From the NCBI RefSeq assembly GCF_035594765.1, contig NC_085844.1, forward strand, positions 137,656,107 to 137,720,106: 64,000 bases of DNA, in the 5' to 3' direction. Origin of the DNA: Anolis carolinensis. Its lineage: Eukaryota. A program made the position numbers and the translations under genes. The notes beneath the pieces were generated by a model. It had not been told where the DNA came from and did not search any database. It saw only the letters and a program-made list of their open reading frames with translations. Below, piece by piece: positions 25,093-36,367 of this stretch (position 1 is the stretch's first letter; each line of letters opens with the position of its first letter).

Positions 25093-27704
25093 TATGTGCC
25101 TGCCCAAAGATCAAAGTCTGATGGTGAGGTGAAGAGGGGGCTTCAGCTTCTCAAGTGAGGCACCCTAACTGGAATGCCCTCCTTCCACTGGAGGTCCAAC
25201 TGGCACCTACACACATCATTTAGGGACCATTAATTCAACCCAAACCTAGTTTTGAAATCTTTCAAATCTTTTTTAATGTTTAGTAAGTGTTTAGCTTATT
25301 TAAATATTTTTAAAACTTTGTTACTTGTTTTATTACTTTTCATAAGCTGCTCAGAGATCTTTAATACAGTATAGGGTAGGGTATAAATATTTTAATACTA
25401 TTGCCTTACCTTGCAAAATAAACATTGCACTGAACTTCTCAGAAGGGATTATCTCTTCAAGTTGGAAAGGAGAAATGAATTAGTCCAAAGCTACAGCTAG
25501 AAGAATGGAGTTCAGACCATAGAGGAACCAGTTGTTTCATCTTCCTTCCTGGCATTTTTTAATCTTCCCACCATCCTGACACATTTACTATACCTTGTGT
25601 TGTGCAGAACTCTGAGGCACAGATACTTCTTGAGAAACGCAAAGTGTCATAGTTCAAAATAATGCAGGGAGAAAAATGCACATTTTCTGATCTGGGGCTG
25701 ACTTCAAAGAACTGCCGCTTCTGGAAGCTTTTCTGTTTGTTGAGACTCGGTAACAACCATCAACCTTCCATTTTTTACAGCAACGGGGAAAGGGGCTGGA
25801 GAGTACACGCAAATCACTAGCAGCATGAGACTGACCTCAATTATTTTTTCAAACTTGGCCAAACTTGATTAAAAGTATATTGTCAGTGTTGTACTTTTAG
25901 GTGACTCTCTTATATTGTCTATATTGACCAGATCGGTAGCCTGAACTGCATCTAATAACTTGAGAAATAAAATGTTTAGGTCTCTGGTGTGGGATGTATA
26001 CTATTCTACATAATTGCTTTTGTTCAATAATCTCAAATTTGTTGGGATGCTGGTGGATTTAGTTCACCTGTTGTTGGGCCCCTCTCAGGGTCCAAACTAC
26101 ATGGACTTCCCAAGATACAGCCCCTCAAGCTGGAAATATCAAAGTACTTCCAACACAGAAATCATACACTGGTTTTGGGCAGTTGGAGGTACAATAGAAT
26201 CATAACTGCTGTTAGAGTGCTGGGCTGTAGTTGACAGAGAAAAAAATCTATCTGCTGAAATCAGGAATAAGATTCAACTATTAGTGCATCCTTCAGTACA
26301 CAAATAATGTCTTTTAATAAGAACAATTTCTTGAAAATAGACTATTTTATAGGTTTTAAAACTTAAAAACTGGTGCCTTCTGTATTGCAACTTGTAGTTT
26401 GGTTGAGCTGATCATTTGGGTGATTACAAGTTTACATGGGAAGCGTGTGCACTTCCCTGACTCCTTTCACCTTACTCATTTCTCTGTAAATAGTTGTAGT
26501 ATATTTAACTTGTGCAGTACTTCTGCACTTAATTCCAAATATATTTGTCTCTGGTGTCTTTATATTTCACAACTTTCAGAATGACTTAGGCTTGAACAAC
26601 CCATGCCCCCCCCCCCCCCCCGGTGTTTGGGACTAACTCCCAGAAGCCCTGGCCAGTGTGCCCAATGGTCAGGAATTCTAGAAGCTGAAGTCCAAAACAC
26701 CTGAAAGGACACAAGTTGCCTAGGTTTTCCTGAATAGTGCATAAATGTTATTTTTATGTGTCTAGGGCAATCAGGTCAGAGAGGGAATATGGTCCAGGTT
26801 CTCTGCATATTTTCATAACACCATCTAATCACCTACAGTTTCAGACACATTTGCTTGGACAAGGATTGTCTCACCTTTCATCTCACTATGCAAAATAAGA
26901 TATGAATGATCAACTCATGTCCATCTTTGTTAAGAGTTGTGTAGCCACTTGTTTTTTAAATCTACATTCCAGGGCTGTGCTAAGATCCATGGTTTTTCCA
27001 AATGTTTTAGCCACGCTAGTAAATTTTTTGAACAGTTCCATTAGTTTCATGTCAAGCCATTTTTGTGCAAGGGAACAGTCTTGGAGGTCAGCATTGTAAC
27101 TGCAAAGGAAGCTGTTTCACTGTAGGTTTCTGTTGCATCTTCCCACACTTTGATTCTCTTTGGAGTTCTACGTTTTGTTGGACAGATTTGTGCTGATCTT
27201 ATTCACTATTTTTTAAATCGGATCTCCATTTCATTCTACTTCTACTGCAATTTTTAAAAAAAGATAAACAAGCAAGATAACCAAATTGTGAACATATGTC
27301 TTGCCAACAATCTTCCCTAAAAAGCAGCTATATTTTCAGAAAGACTGTATACATTTTTCTCCAAAATAAGCAAGAAATAAAATTCTATAGTTTTAAGACT
27401 AAAATACCCCATGCCAGTAAATTACCGATAATATATAGTTTGGTTAAATACTACTGATGGTAGTTAAATTAATTTCCTCCCAATTAGCATTTTCAATATT
27501 ATAACCAACTCTGTCACTTACAGGGGCAATCCAGCAAGAATGTTTCCCTACCATTCCCAGTGCTGCAGTAATTGTCTTCACTAAAAGAAGAATTTTCCCC
27601 TGGAAGACTAAAAGAAAGCATCCATTAACCACTGCTCTACATTTTAACACGGCGAAGTACGCTAACTTCTCTAGAGGATTCAAAAACACAATTCTACTGT
27701 TAAA

Positions 27705-28434
27705 ATAAAAATATAAATAAAAATGTAATCTGTTTGTGAGGACCTCATATCTCCCAAACTACTTCACCGATTGCTACGAAATTTGGACACAACTTAGCAT
27801 TTAAACTGACAAGGGTTTTAAGCTATTCACATGCTTACTATTACAAAGCAGTCACATCTGAGAAAGGTAAAACCATACCCCATAGCAACTGCCAATCAGG
27901 CTCATCCCTTAGCTACCGTCGTAACAGATAGCTCCTCTCCTTAGCAACAGCTAAGCAGTCTCCTCCCTTAGGAACCATCATAGCAGACAGCTCCTCTTAG
28001 CAAAAGTGCTAGCAATGGTCAAGCAGTCTCCTCCCTTTAGCAACTGGCATGGGTGGGGCCACAAGGAACAGCCAGGCCCGCCTCCTTGCCACTCAGTTCG
28101 GCTTGGCGAGTTATGTGAAGCCGAGGAGAGAGCAGAGAAAGAAAGAGATCTGTATCGATCCATCCATCTATGTTTACACTCAGAGGCAATCTTTAGAATT
28201 CTACGGTTTACAACAGGACATGGATTGCTTATCACATGGACAGTAATATGTTCTGTATTCCAGAGTCACCCAACCAGACAATCTTCATATTTGCCTTGAT
28301 TATGAAACCACCACGAATATTGCCTATCCACAATCATTGTGAAATCACATATATCTGAAACCTGGTCTTTCTGCATCCTTTCTTTCCCATTGAACCAGAT
28401 TGGGCCACAGCAACACATGGCTGGATACAGCTAG
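27705..28434 (+). mobile_element. Non-autonomous Helitron
   Basis: 3' GC hairpin (gccacagcaacacatggc) about 10 nt before CTAG|T at 28431-28435; degenerate AT-rich 5' end (tataaataaaaatgtaatc...aaatttggacacaa). Confidence 0.6.
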
Positions 28435-28981
28435 TTCTTTATAAAAAGCATTCTTCCCATATATATATATATATTTATTTGAGTTATTGACATAAATACA
28501 ACAAAAGTGGGGGAACATCAGTTGATTTAGTAGAGAAAGTAAGAATGAGATTTGGAAGAGAAGGGGGAAAAAACCCCACAACCCAGAAAAAGCACCAGGG
28601 GGGTTCTAAAAAATTTGACATAAAAAGCATTCTTAAGACACTATTAAAAGAAGAAGAGGAGGGGGAAATGTATATTATTTACCACAAAGCTTGGTAGAAG
28701 AAAGAAGCCAGGATAGCTCAGAAATGGGTAGTAGAGCAGTACGTCATTGCCTCAAAGAGTTCCTGGGACAGAATCCCCTTTAAAGTTGAATCCACAAAGT
28801 ATGCAATTTATCAGGTTTTTAAAAATAGTTTGGATAGTTCTAAACTAAGTGGATAAGGCTGATTTTACATTAAGGCACAATAATCTCTTGACCATAAATT
28901 CTATCAACAAACAAGTACATGTTAAGAGCTTAGTGCATACTCCCCAAAATCTTGTCTTTTTTACATTTAAACCATAGTAAT

Positions 28982-29527
28982 TTACAATGGTAGAAAAGAT
29001 GTCACCCCTTCGAGTTTCTTTTTGACTCCTTTGCATGAAAGACTGAGTCCAGCATGACGACGCTTCAGTATCTCTAGCCGCTCCTTGAGTGCCTCAGCAG
29101 CATTCACTTTGTTTTCATAGTCCCTCAACAACAGTGAATGCCCAAGTAAACCGCACTTTTGCTGAAGCCTCTCATTGTCCAATCGCAACTTATCCCGAGC
29201 CTGTTTAGTCTTAGTTAGAATCTCTCTCTTTTGCGCCACTAAAGCTTCAACTGCCATTAACTGGGATTTCTGGACTTGATTCTCTGCTTCCACAAACTGC
29301 AGCTTTTCTTTTACTTGAGATATGATTTGTACTGTGTTTGTAATCTTTCTCCGGAGCTTCAAAAGCTCCTCATTGCGTTCTTCAATCTTTTCATTGTAGG
29401 TTTGGTTCTCAATCTTCAATTGCTCAAAGTCTATTAAGTGCAGGCCTTCTGCCAGCTCCTCCTGGGCTTTTAGCTTTGCTTCAAGTTTTTGGATCTTGTG
29501 CTTCAAGTTTATATATTCTAGACGAAC
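28982..29527 (-). CDS. CCDC96: CCDC96/CFAP184 exon 3 (C-terminal coiled coil, DUF4201-type)
   Basis: ttaattctag|GTT CGT CTA GAA acceptor; GLHLIDFEQLKIENQTYNEKIEERNEELLKLR matches CCDC96; 546 nt to the stop. Confidence 0.93.
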   Translation of the reverse strand, partial: VRLEYINLKHKIQKLEAKLKAQEELAEGLHLIDFEQLKIENQTYNEKIEERNEELLKLRRKITNTVQIISQVKEKLQFVEAENQVQKSQLMAVEALVAQKREILTKTKQARDKLRLDNERLQQKCGLLGHSLLLRDYENKVNAAEALKERLEILKRRHAGLSLSCKGVKKKLEGVTSFLPL

Positions 29528-31065
29528 CTAGAATTAAAAAAAAAATCTGAAGTGAGGTCACAGAAGGGCTATCAGAATTACCGCAAAGTCTTTTATTCCT
29601 TACTAATCAACTGAAATCCCAGTTGCCTTGCAGCGTACCTGCTGTGAAAATCAACTGATGGTATTGAATGAGTATTTTCCTCCATTCATTGTGTTGTAGT
29701 TCCAGTTTTTAAAAACTTGGGGTGTTTGGCTACTTGATCATGTCTGCAATGAATACCTCTTGTAAAAACACTTTATTCCATATCCCCCAAAAGGCTCAAC
29801 TAGCAGATCAGTTCAACTTATGAGAGCGAGGTGCTCCCTACTCCTCTTTTAAGAGATGCTCCAGAAGAGATGCTCCGTCTACATATTTTGAATTGCAACT
29901 CCCATCATTCTTGGGCATTAACGGTATTGGCTGGATGGATGAGACTTGCAGTCCAAAACATATGGAGAGTATCAGCTTGGGGAAGGCAGATGTATAAAGA
30001 TAATTACTGATAAACTCTTAGACCTTTCTGATCTGAATAAATTAGTTCAAATTTCCCATTCCTGTTTACCTTGTGAGAGTGTATTTTCTGATTTGGCTTG
30101 TTAGGGAAACTTAATCACCCAAGCAAATATGGTGAAGAATGACATATGTGTGTGTGTGGGGGGGGGGGGGGGTGTCTCTAAATCTTCCCACAGCTTTTGA
30201 TACCATCAGCAATGAGGAGATCTCTTGGCCCCCTTGCATGGGAGAACTTGAGAGATACTGTTATGCACTGCCTTTTGGACATTCCTGAAGTGTTGAGGAA
30301 TTATTCTGAAGATTGTCATTCTATCTTTTTACATGTGAGGGACTTCACCTGTTCTCTGGAAGCAGAGATTGTTAAACCTATCCACTTGGGACCCCTTTTG
30401 GCCTGAGAAATTTGTACATGTCCCCGAGTGTATAGGTATAAAAATCAGCATTTACAAGACTTGCTGAATTGACTGATTTTCTTTTTTATGAAGTACAGCT
30501 GAAGCATCTTCTACAGAGTCTACTGTAAACACTGTACAACAGATCCCATACCCACTAGGTAACATTTCAAAACTTACTGTTGCTAAATTTTAGGGGTCCC
30601 AACATTGAGCTAAGAGGACCCTATTTAGGTTCAGGATCTAGTTTCAGAAGCAGTGCTCTTGAGTACACGCGTCAAACTCAAGGCTTGTGGGACAAATCCT
30701 GCTCACCAAGTCATTTTATATTGGCCCTACAGCCCGTTTTCCTTGTCATTAGACATCATGACTAGAGATAATGAGTATTGTGATACAGCAACATCTGGAA
30801 GGCTGCAGTTTGTTCTGTTTAGTTAGGAAAGCGTGTTTCAGATTTTGATACAAAGTTTGTGATATGATGTCCGACTTTCCCCAATCTCGGCTACAAGTGT
30901 AATTCCCATTATCCCCAGTTAGCATGGCAGACAATAAAAGTGATGGGAGTGATAAAATAACACCCAGAGACCCAAACCGGGTACAAACTACCTATTTTCT
31001 ATAACTATACTCATGTAAAAATGTCTCAGGCTAGAAGGGATCCCAAGTGGAAACATTGTTGAAGA

Positions 31066-31357
31066 GTTTTCTGGGCTGTATGGCCATGTTCCAGAAGCAT
31101 TCTCTCCTGACGTTTCCCCTGCATCTGTGGCAGGCATCTTCAGAAGTTGTTGAGGTCTGTTGGAAATCAGGCAAGTACTTCCAACATACACGGGTTATTT
31201 CTCCCACCATGAACATTCCACAGATATATAAACCCCACTTGACTAGTTTCCAACAGACCTTGCAACCTCTGATGATGCCTGCCATAGATGCAAATGAAAG
31301 GTCAGGAGAGGATGCTTTTGGAACATGGCCATACAGCCTGAAAAACTCAAAGCAACC
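31066..31357. mobile_element. Short Penelope (Poseidon-like) insertion made of two inverted pLTR ends
   Basis: Inverted copies of the ggccatacagcc...gcaaccc terminus with hammerhead remnants; 12-bp TSD CATTGTTGAAGA at 31054-31065 and 31358-31369. Confidence 0.85.
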
Positions 31358-31552
31358 CATTGTTGAAGACATTTTGCTGGAGAGTCTATACCAGTCATAG
31401 CCCTCCCTCCAGGGGTTTGGACCTCAAGTCCCACACTTCCTAACAGCAGTCCAAACCCCCTGGAGGGAGGGCTGAAATTGGCCCATGTCTGGTCTATCTA
31501 AAGCTCCTGCGGGGAGAGGGATGGAAGTGGAGTGAAGCAGAAGGCCACCCAC

Positions 31553-32336
31553 CTCGGTCATCTCGTCCTCCTTGGCCTGCTCTCGGACCTGGATCTGGTC
31601 CACCTCCTTCTTGGCAGCCTGCTTGCCACCTAGGCGCCGGCCCATGGTGAAGACAGCCACCTCTTTCTTGGTGGCCTGGCAGGCCTGCCACTCGGCCTGC
31701 ACCTTGCCCAGCTTCTCCTGACAGGAGTTGTGCAGGGCCTCAAGCTGCCTCTGGTACCAGGCGCCCTCGGCCACCTGCTGGGCGCGCAGCTCCTCCAGCA
31801 TGGCCAGGTAGCGGCTGTAGCGCTGCTCTCGGTCAGAGATGTGCTGCTCCAGCTCAGAGGCAGCGGCGGCACGGGGGGCACCCTCCTTACCGCTTCGGCC
31901 CAGTAGCTCAGCCAGCTTGGCCTGAAGCTTGATGTTCTCGTTGCGGAGGCGGCGGCGCTCGGCTTGCAACTGCCAAAACTCCTCGGTCAGCTCCTCCCGG
32001 CGGCGCTGCTCCTCAGCCCGGCGCGCCACCAGCTGCTCCTCGGTCTCCCGCTCTGGCGACAGGGCCTCTGTGCTCTCTGGGGTGGAGCCCGCCGAAGGGC
32101 CGCGAATCTTGTCCAGCTCCCAGAGGCTCTGGCTGATGCGTTGGCCCAGGTCGGCACCCAGCAGGAGCAGGGAAGGCTCCTTGGCCTCACCTTCCGCAAA
32201 GGTTACAGAGGTGGGCAGCTCGGGCTTCGCTGGCTGGGGCAGGAGCAGCGTTGGTGAGGGCTCCTGTGACTCCTCCTCCGCTGCAGGCTGGGACTCTCCC
32301 TTGCCCCCGTCTTTCTCTCCCTCTCCATCTCCTTCT
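31553..32336 (-). CDS. CCDC96: CCDC96/CFAP184 exon 2
   Basis: tttccccctcccccaaaaag|A GAA GGA acceptor and ACC GAG|gtgggt donor; 784 nt, phase 2 to 0; coiled coil with EQRYSRYLAMLEELR and RRLGGKQAA. Confidence 0.88.
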
Positions 32337-33217
32337 CTTTTTGGGGGAGGGGGAAACAGTTTATTATGGTTATGGTACATAATAGAACAACAGATCATAA
32401 CAGATATAACCAAGTAACAATAATTTTGATATATACATGCATATCTACATTAGCCAATCAATTAGTTATTTCTGACATTAAATGCATCTTAATACCAGTA
32501 ACTTAACATAAATCATTTAGTCTTGCTATTTCTACATGTTATCCACTATTTTCAGTCTATACTTTCTTCTCATTTAATTTTTAAATATAAGAGTTCATGA
32601 TAACATTCAAACAATATGCAACATATTACAGACCATACACACAACTGAAACCTCTATCCCCCACAAATTAAAACCTCTTTCCCACAGCTGTGCACTCTTC
32701 TCCATGACTTCCGATGCTGAAGGACTATTTTATTTATTTATTTATTTACTACATTTATACCCCGCCCTCTATGAGCCTTTAAGCTAATTTATCCTTGTTC
32801 ATAGTAATCCTAAATTCCTAATGGAGCTCCTCTATGTTACTGACTCTCCATTCAGATATGCTATGGCCAACTTCTATTTTTACAAAAACTCCTCATTACT
32901 TTTGTTCCTCCTCCTATTGTGTGTGACCATTAGCATATATTCCTGCATTCTTTCTCCCCAACCTTTTTTAGTTAGACTTTTTTCTCCTTTCCAGTCTTTG
33001 GCTATGGTTAATCTTGCCACAGCAAAGCTATATTGGTATATTTCTTTGTCCTTTGGATTATTGGTTTCTCTATGTAAACCTAATATAAACAGCCCTGGGC
33101 TTTTCTTCATCTTATTATGTAACATTTTGTCTACTTAGTTACTTTATCCCAAAATGCTTGTATGGTCTCACAGGTCCACCACATATGGAAGAATGTCCCT
33201 TTCTATTTCCTTCCAGC

Positions 33218-33263
<46 letters not shown>

Positions 33264-33790
33264 TATTTTTATTTTTATATCCCGCTCCCATCTCCTCAAG
33301 GGGACTCGGGGCGGCTCACATGGGGACAAGCTCAGCATCATCAAACATTAAAACAGTCATAATTTATCATTTAAAACAATATAAAACAATAAAAACAACA
33401 TAACAGCATAAAACAGCATAAACATATCCGTTCCTTCAAACCTAAGGGTGAGCGTGTGCAGACTTTATGTGAGACTTGAGAATAATAATATAGGGCGATC
33501 AGGGAAGATTACAAGATTAAAATCAACAAGAGTGAGGGACATTGATAAAGTGCAATAATTGTGACAAGTTAATATCTAACTGGAACTATTCATTCGAAGG
33601 TGCATTAATACAGCCATATTTTAAGGTCCTTATGAAAGGTGGACAAGGAAGGTGCCAATCTGATCTCCCTGGGGAGGGAGTTCCAGAGCCGAGGGGCCAC
33701 CACCAAGAAGGCTCTCTCCTTTGTCCCCACCAACCGCACCTGAGACGGAGGCGGAAACGAGAGAAGGGCCTTCCAGGAGGATCTCAAGGT
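33218..33790 (-). mobile_element. L2 3' end with (TTA)n tail
   Basis: RLVGTKERAFLVVAPRLWNSLPREIRLAP; 3' stem-loop; (AAT)n at 33218-33262 on the + strand. Confidence 0.88.
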
Positions 33791-33965
33791 TTATAGGGGA
33801 GGAGGCAATCACAGAGATAAGCAGGTCCTGAGCCTGCTTATCTCCGCCTGCAAACACCTTATTGTCATTTATCTATTTTTGCCAATGTTGTTGGGGTGAT
33901 ACAGCATCTATAAAACATTTTGTATTGATTCTCCCTAATTGATCCAGATAGCGTAAATTTGAATT

Positions 33966-34511
33966 CTAAACGGTTTGAATCCTGCCTACCTTCGTGAAAA
34001 CATTAGCGCGGACCCTAAGATCTGCCAGGGAGGCCCTTCTGTCGCTCCTGCCACCATCACAAGCACAGTTGGTGGGGATGAGGGAGAGCACCTTCTCAGT
34101 GGTGGCCCCTCGGCTCTGGAACTCCTTCCCCAGGGAGATTAAGCTAGCAGCCACTCTATCCACCTTCTTAATAGTTAGGCCCCTGTCAATGAAAGCTCAT
34201 CCCAAACTGGCCATTACAGTGAGCTCAACATTTTACCCCAGCCCCAGTACTCTTTGCAGAAGCCCATGCCCAGCCCTCTCTGATTTCTGATCCAGCCCAC
34301 GTTTGAGATGTTTGTTTGGATTTACTTTAATTGTTGTTTTTATATTCTGCTGTTTTTAATTGTTTAGATTGTTTACATGTGTATTATGTTTTAAATGATG
34401 TTTTTCGTTCTTAAATTTTGTTACTGGGCTTGGTCCCGTTTGTAAGTCACCCTGAGTCCCTTCGGGAAGATGGTGGCGAGATATAAAAATAAAGTTATTA
34501 TTTATTATTAT
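33966..34511 (+). mobile_element. L2 3' end
   Basis: STFSVVAPRLWNSFPREIKLA; gagtcccttcgggaagatgg stem-loop; short TTA tail. Confidence 0.85.
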
Positions 34512-34822
34512 TCCATAGGTATTCCCAGTTATCCAATTCTGTTGTTATACCTAGATCCTTGTCCCAGGATATTATTATTGTCTTGACTCTATTGTCCTCC
34601 ATGTTGTAAATTAATATATATTTGTATAATCTGGAGATTAACCCTTTGTTTTCCCTTTCCCATATTCTTTCCGATTTTGATTTTTTGGTTGCAAATCCCA
34701 CTCTCACATCTTTTTTATATCTTTCATACAGTTGATGATAGCGAAACCAATAATTAATCTCCAATTCTTTCTGCCCTTTTAATTTCCACTTTTCATTTTC
34801 TCTAATAAGGTATTCTTTATAT

Positions 34823-35784
34823 GGGTTGCTGTGAGTTTTTTGGATTGTATGGCCATGTTCCAGAAGCATTCCCTCCTGACATTTTGCTCACATCTATGGC
34901 AGGCATCCTCAGAGGCTGTGAGGTATACTGGAAACTAAGCAAGGGAGATTTATATATCTGTGGAAGGTCCAGGGGAAAATAAATAACTTGTCTGTTGGAA
35001 GCAAGTGTGGATGTTGTAATTAATCATCTTGATTAGCATTTCAATGGCCTTGAAGTTTCAAGGCCTGGCTGATTCTTGCCTGGGGAAATCCTTTGTTGGG
35101 AGGTGTTAGCTGGCCCTGATTGTTTCATGTCTGGAATTCCCCTGTTTTCTGAGCGTTGTTCTTTATTTACTGTCCTGATTTTGGAGCTTTTTAATACTGG
35201 TAGCCAGATTTTGTTCATTTTTGTGGTTTCCTTCTTTCTGTTGAAATTGTCCACATGCTTCTTGATTTCAATGGCTTCTCTGTGTAGTTTGACATGGTAG
35301 TTGTTTGAGTGGCTCAGCATTTCTGTGTTCTCAAATAATATACCGTATCCAGGTTGGTTCATCAAATGCTCTGCTAAGGCTAACTTCTCTTGTTGGGTTA
35401 GTCAGTAAATAAAGAACAAGACTCTGAACAAGGGAAATGCCAGACATGAAACAATCAGGGCCAGCTAACACCTCCCAGCAAAGGATTCCCCTGAGACAGG
35501 AATCAGCCAGGCCTTGAAACTGCAAGGCCATTAAATGCTAATCAAGGTGATTAATTACAACATTCACACCGGCATCCAACAGACAAGAGTTCTTTCTCCC
35601 ACCCTGAACATTCCACTGATATATAAACCTCACTAGCTTAGTTTCCAACAGACCTCACAAACTCTGAGGTTGCCTGCCATAGATGTGGGCGAAACGTCAG
35701 GGGAGAATGCTTCTGGAACATGGCCATACAGCCCGGAAAATACCCAACAACCCAGTGATTTCGGCCATTAAAGCCTTCGACAAC
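34823..35784. mobile_element. Penelope (Poseidon-like) 3' end with an inverted partial copy
   Basis: GIY-YIG C-terminal remnant (LHREAIEIKKHVDNFNRKKE) on the minus strand; inverted pLTR with hammerhead remnants at both ends. Confidence 0.88.
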
Positions 35785-35870
35785 ATATTTTTATATGTTT
35801 TTGCTCTTAGGGTTAGTCTTGTAAGCGCTTCTAGTGGCCTCAGCCAAAGGAGGGGGGGTTGATTCCATAC

Positions 35871-36367
35871 TTTTTCAGTATTTCTTTCAAAGTTCCCTCT
35901 TCTTCTCCTTCTCCTTCTCCGGCCGGCTTCTCCTCGGGCGGCGCCTCTTCGCTCGGGGCGGCTTCCTCGGGGGGTTTCGGCTCCTCCTCCTTCACCTCCT
36001 CCTCCCCTCTTTCAGGCGCCGGCAGCTCCCCTTTCCCTTCCTGCTCTGGGCCTTCCAGTGCCCCTCCGCCTTCTGGGACTCCCTCCGCCTTTCCTTCCAC
36101 GGCGGCCCCCTCTGCCTCCGCTTCTCCCTCGGCCGCTGGAGGGGGTTCTCCATCCGGGCCCTTTTCCACCGACGCCTCAGGGAGAGCTGCCTCTTGCTCC
36201 TCGGCCGGCGGAGGACTGGCCACCACCACCGCCACAGGCACCTCCGCCTCTGAGGAGGACTCGATAACGGCTTTGGCCTCCTCCGCCTTCTCCTCCTCTT
36301 TCTCCGGCTCGGGCCCAGTCAGAACCGCGGCCTCTCCCTCCGCCGCCGCCGCCTCCACCTCTTCCAT
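35871..36367 (-). CDS. CCDC96: CCDC96/CFAP184 exon 1 (Glu/Ala/Pro-rich N-terminus); full protein about 608 aa
   Basis: ATG at 36367 in a CpG island; 497 nt to the AAAAA|gtatgg donor; phase 2 matches the exon 2 acceptor. Confidence 0.78.

Larger units (their letters stand above)
24570..25215 (+). mobile_element. Old L2 3' fragment, split by a SINE
   Basis: Degenerate LPLK...LKLVQNAAAQLL peptide and later motifs collinear with the L2 at about 15180-15560. Confidence 0.6.
32338..35893 (-). mobile_element. 5'-truncated, decayed L1 forming CCDC96 intron 1, with nested L2 and Penelope insertions
   Basis: Collinear ORF2 remnants PLWLRPLEA, WFRYHQLYERYKKD, ISRLYKYIL, W.KDLG, HMWWTC and ARLTIAKDWK; AATAAA at 32365-32360 and a short A tail; 20-bp TSD (18/20 identical). 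Confidence 0.78.

Noticed and set aside
25700-27690. Faint TBC1D14-like words (TFHFLQQRG near 25763; PLTTAL near 27622)
   Set aside because: Too short, in the wrong order relative to the protein and without splice context; a tBLASTn would be needed.
31929-32417. Plus-strand Ser/Arg-rich ORFs opposite the CCDC96 exons (also 35834-36389)
   Set aside because: Antisense shadows of GC-rich coding sequence.
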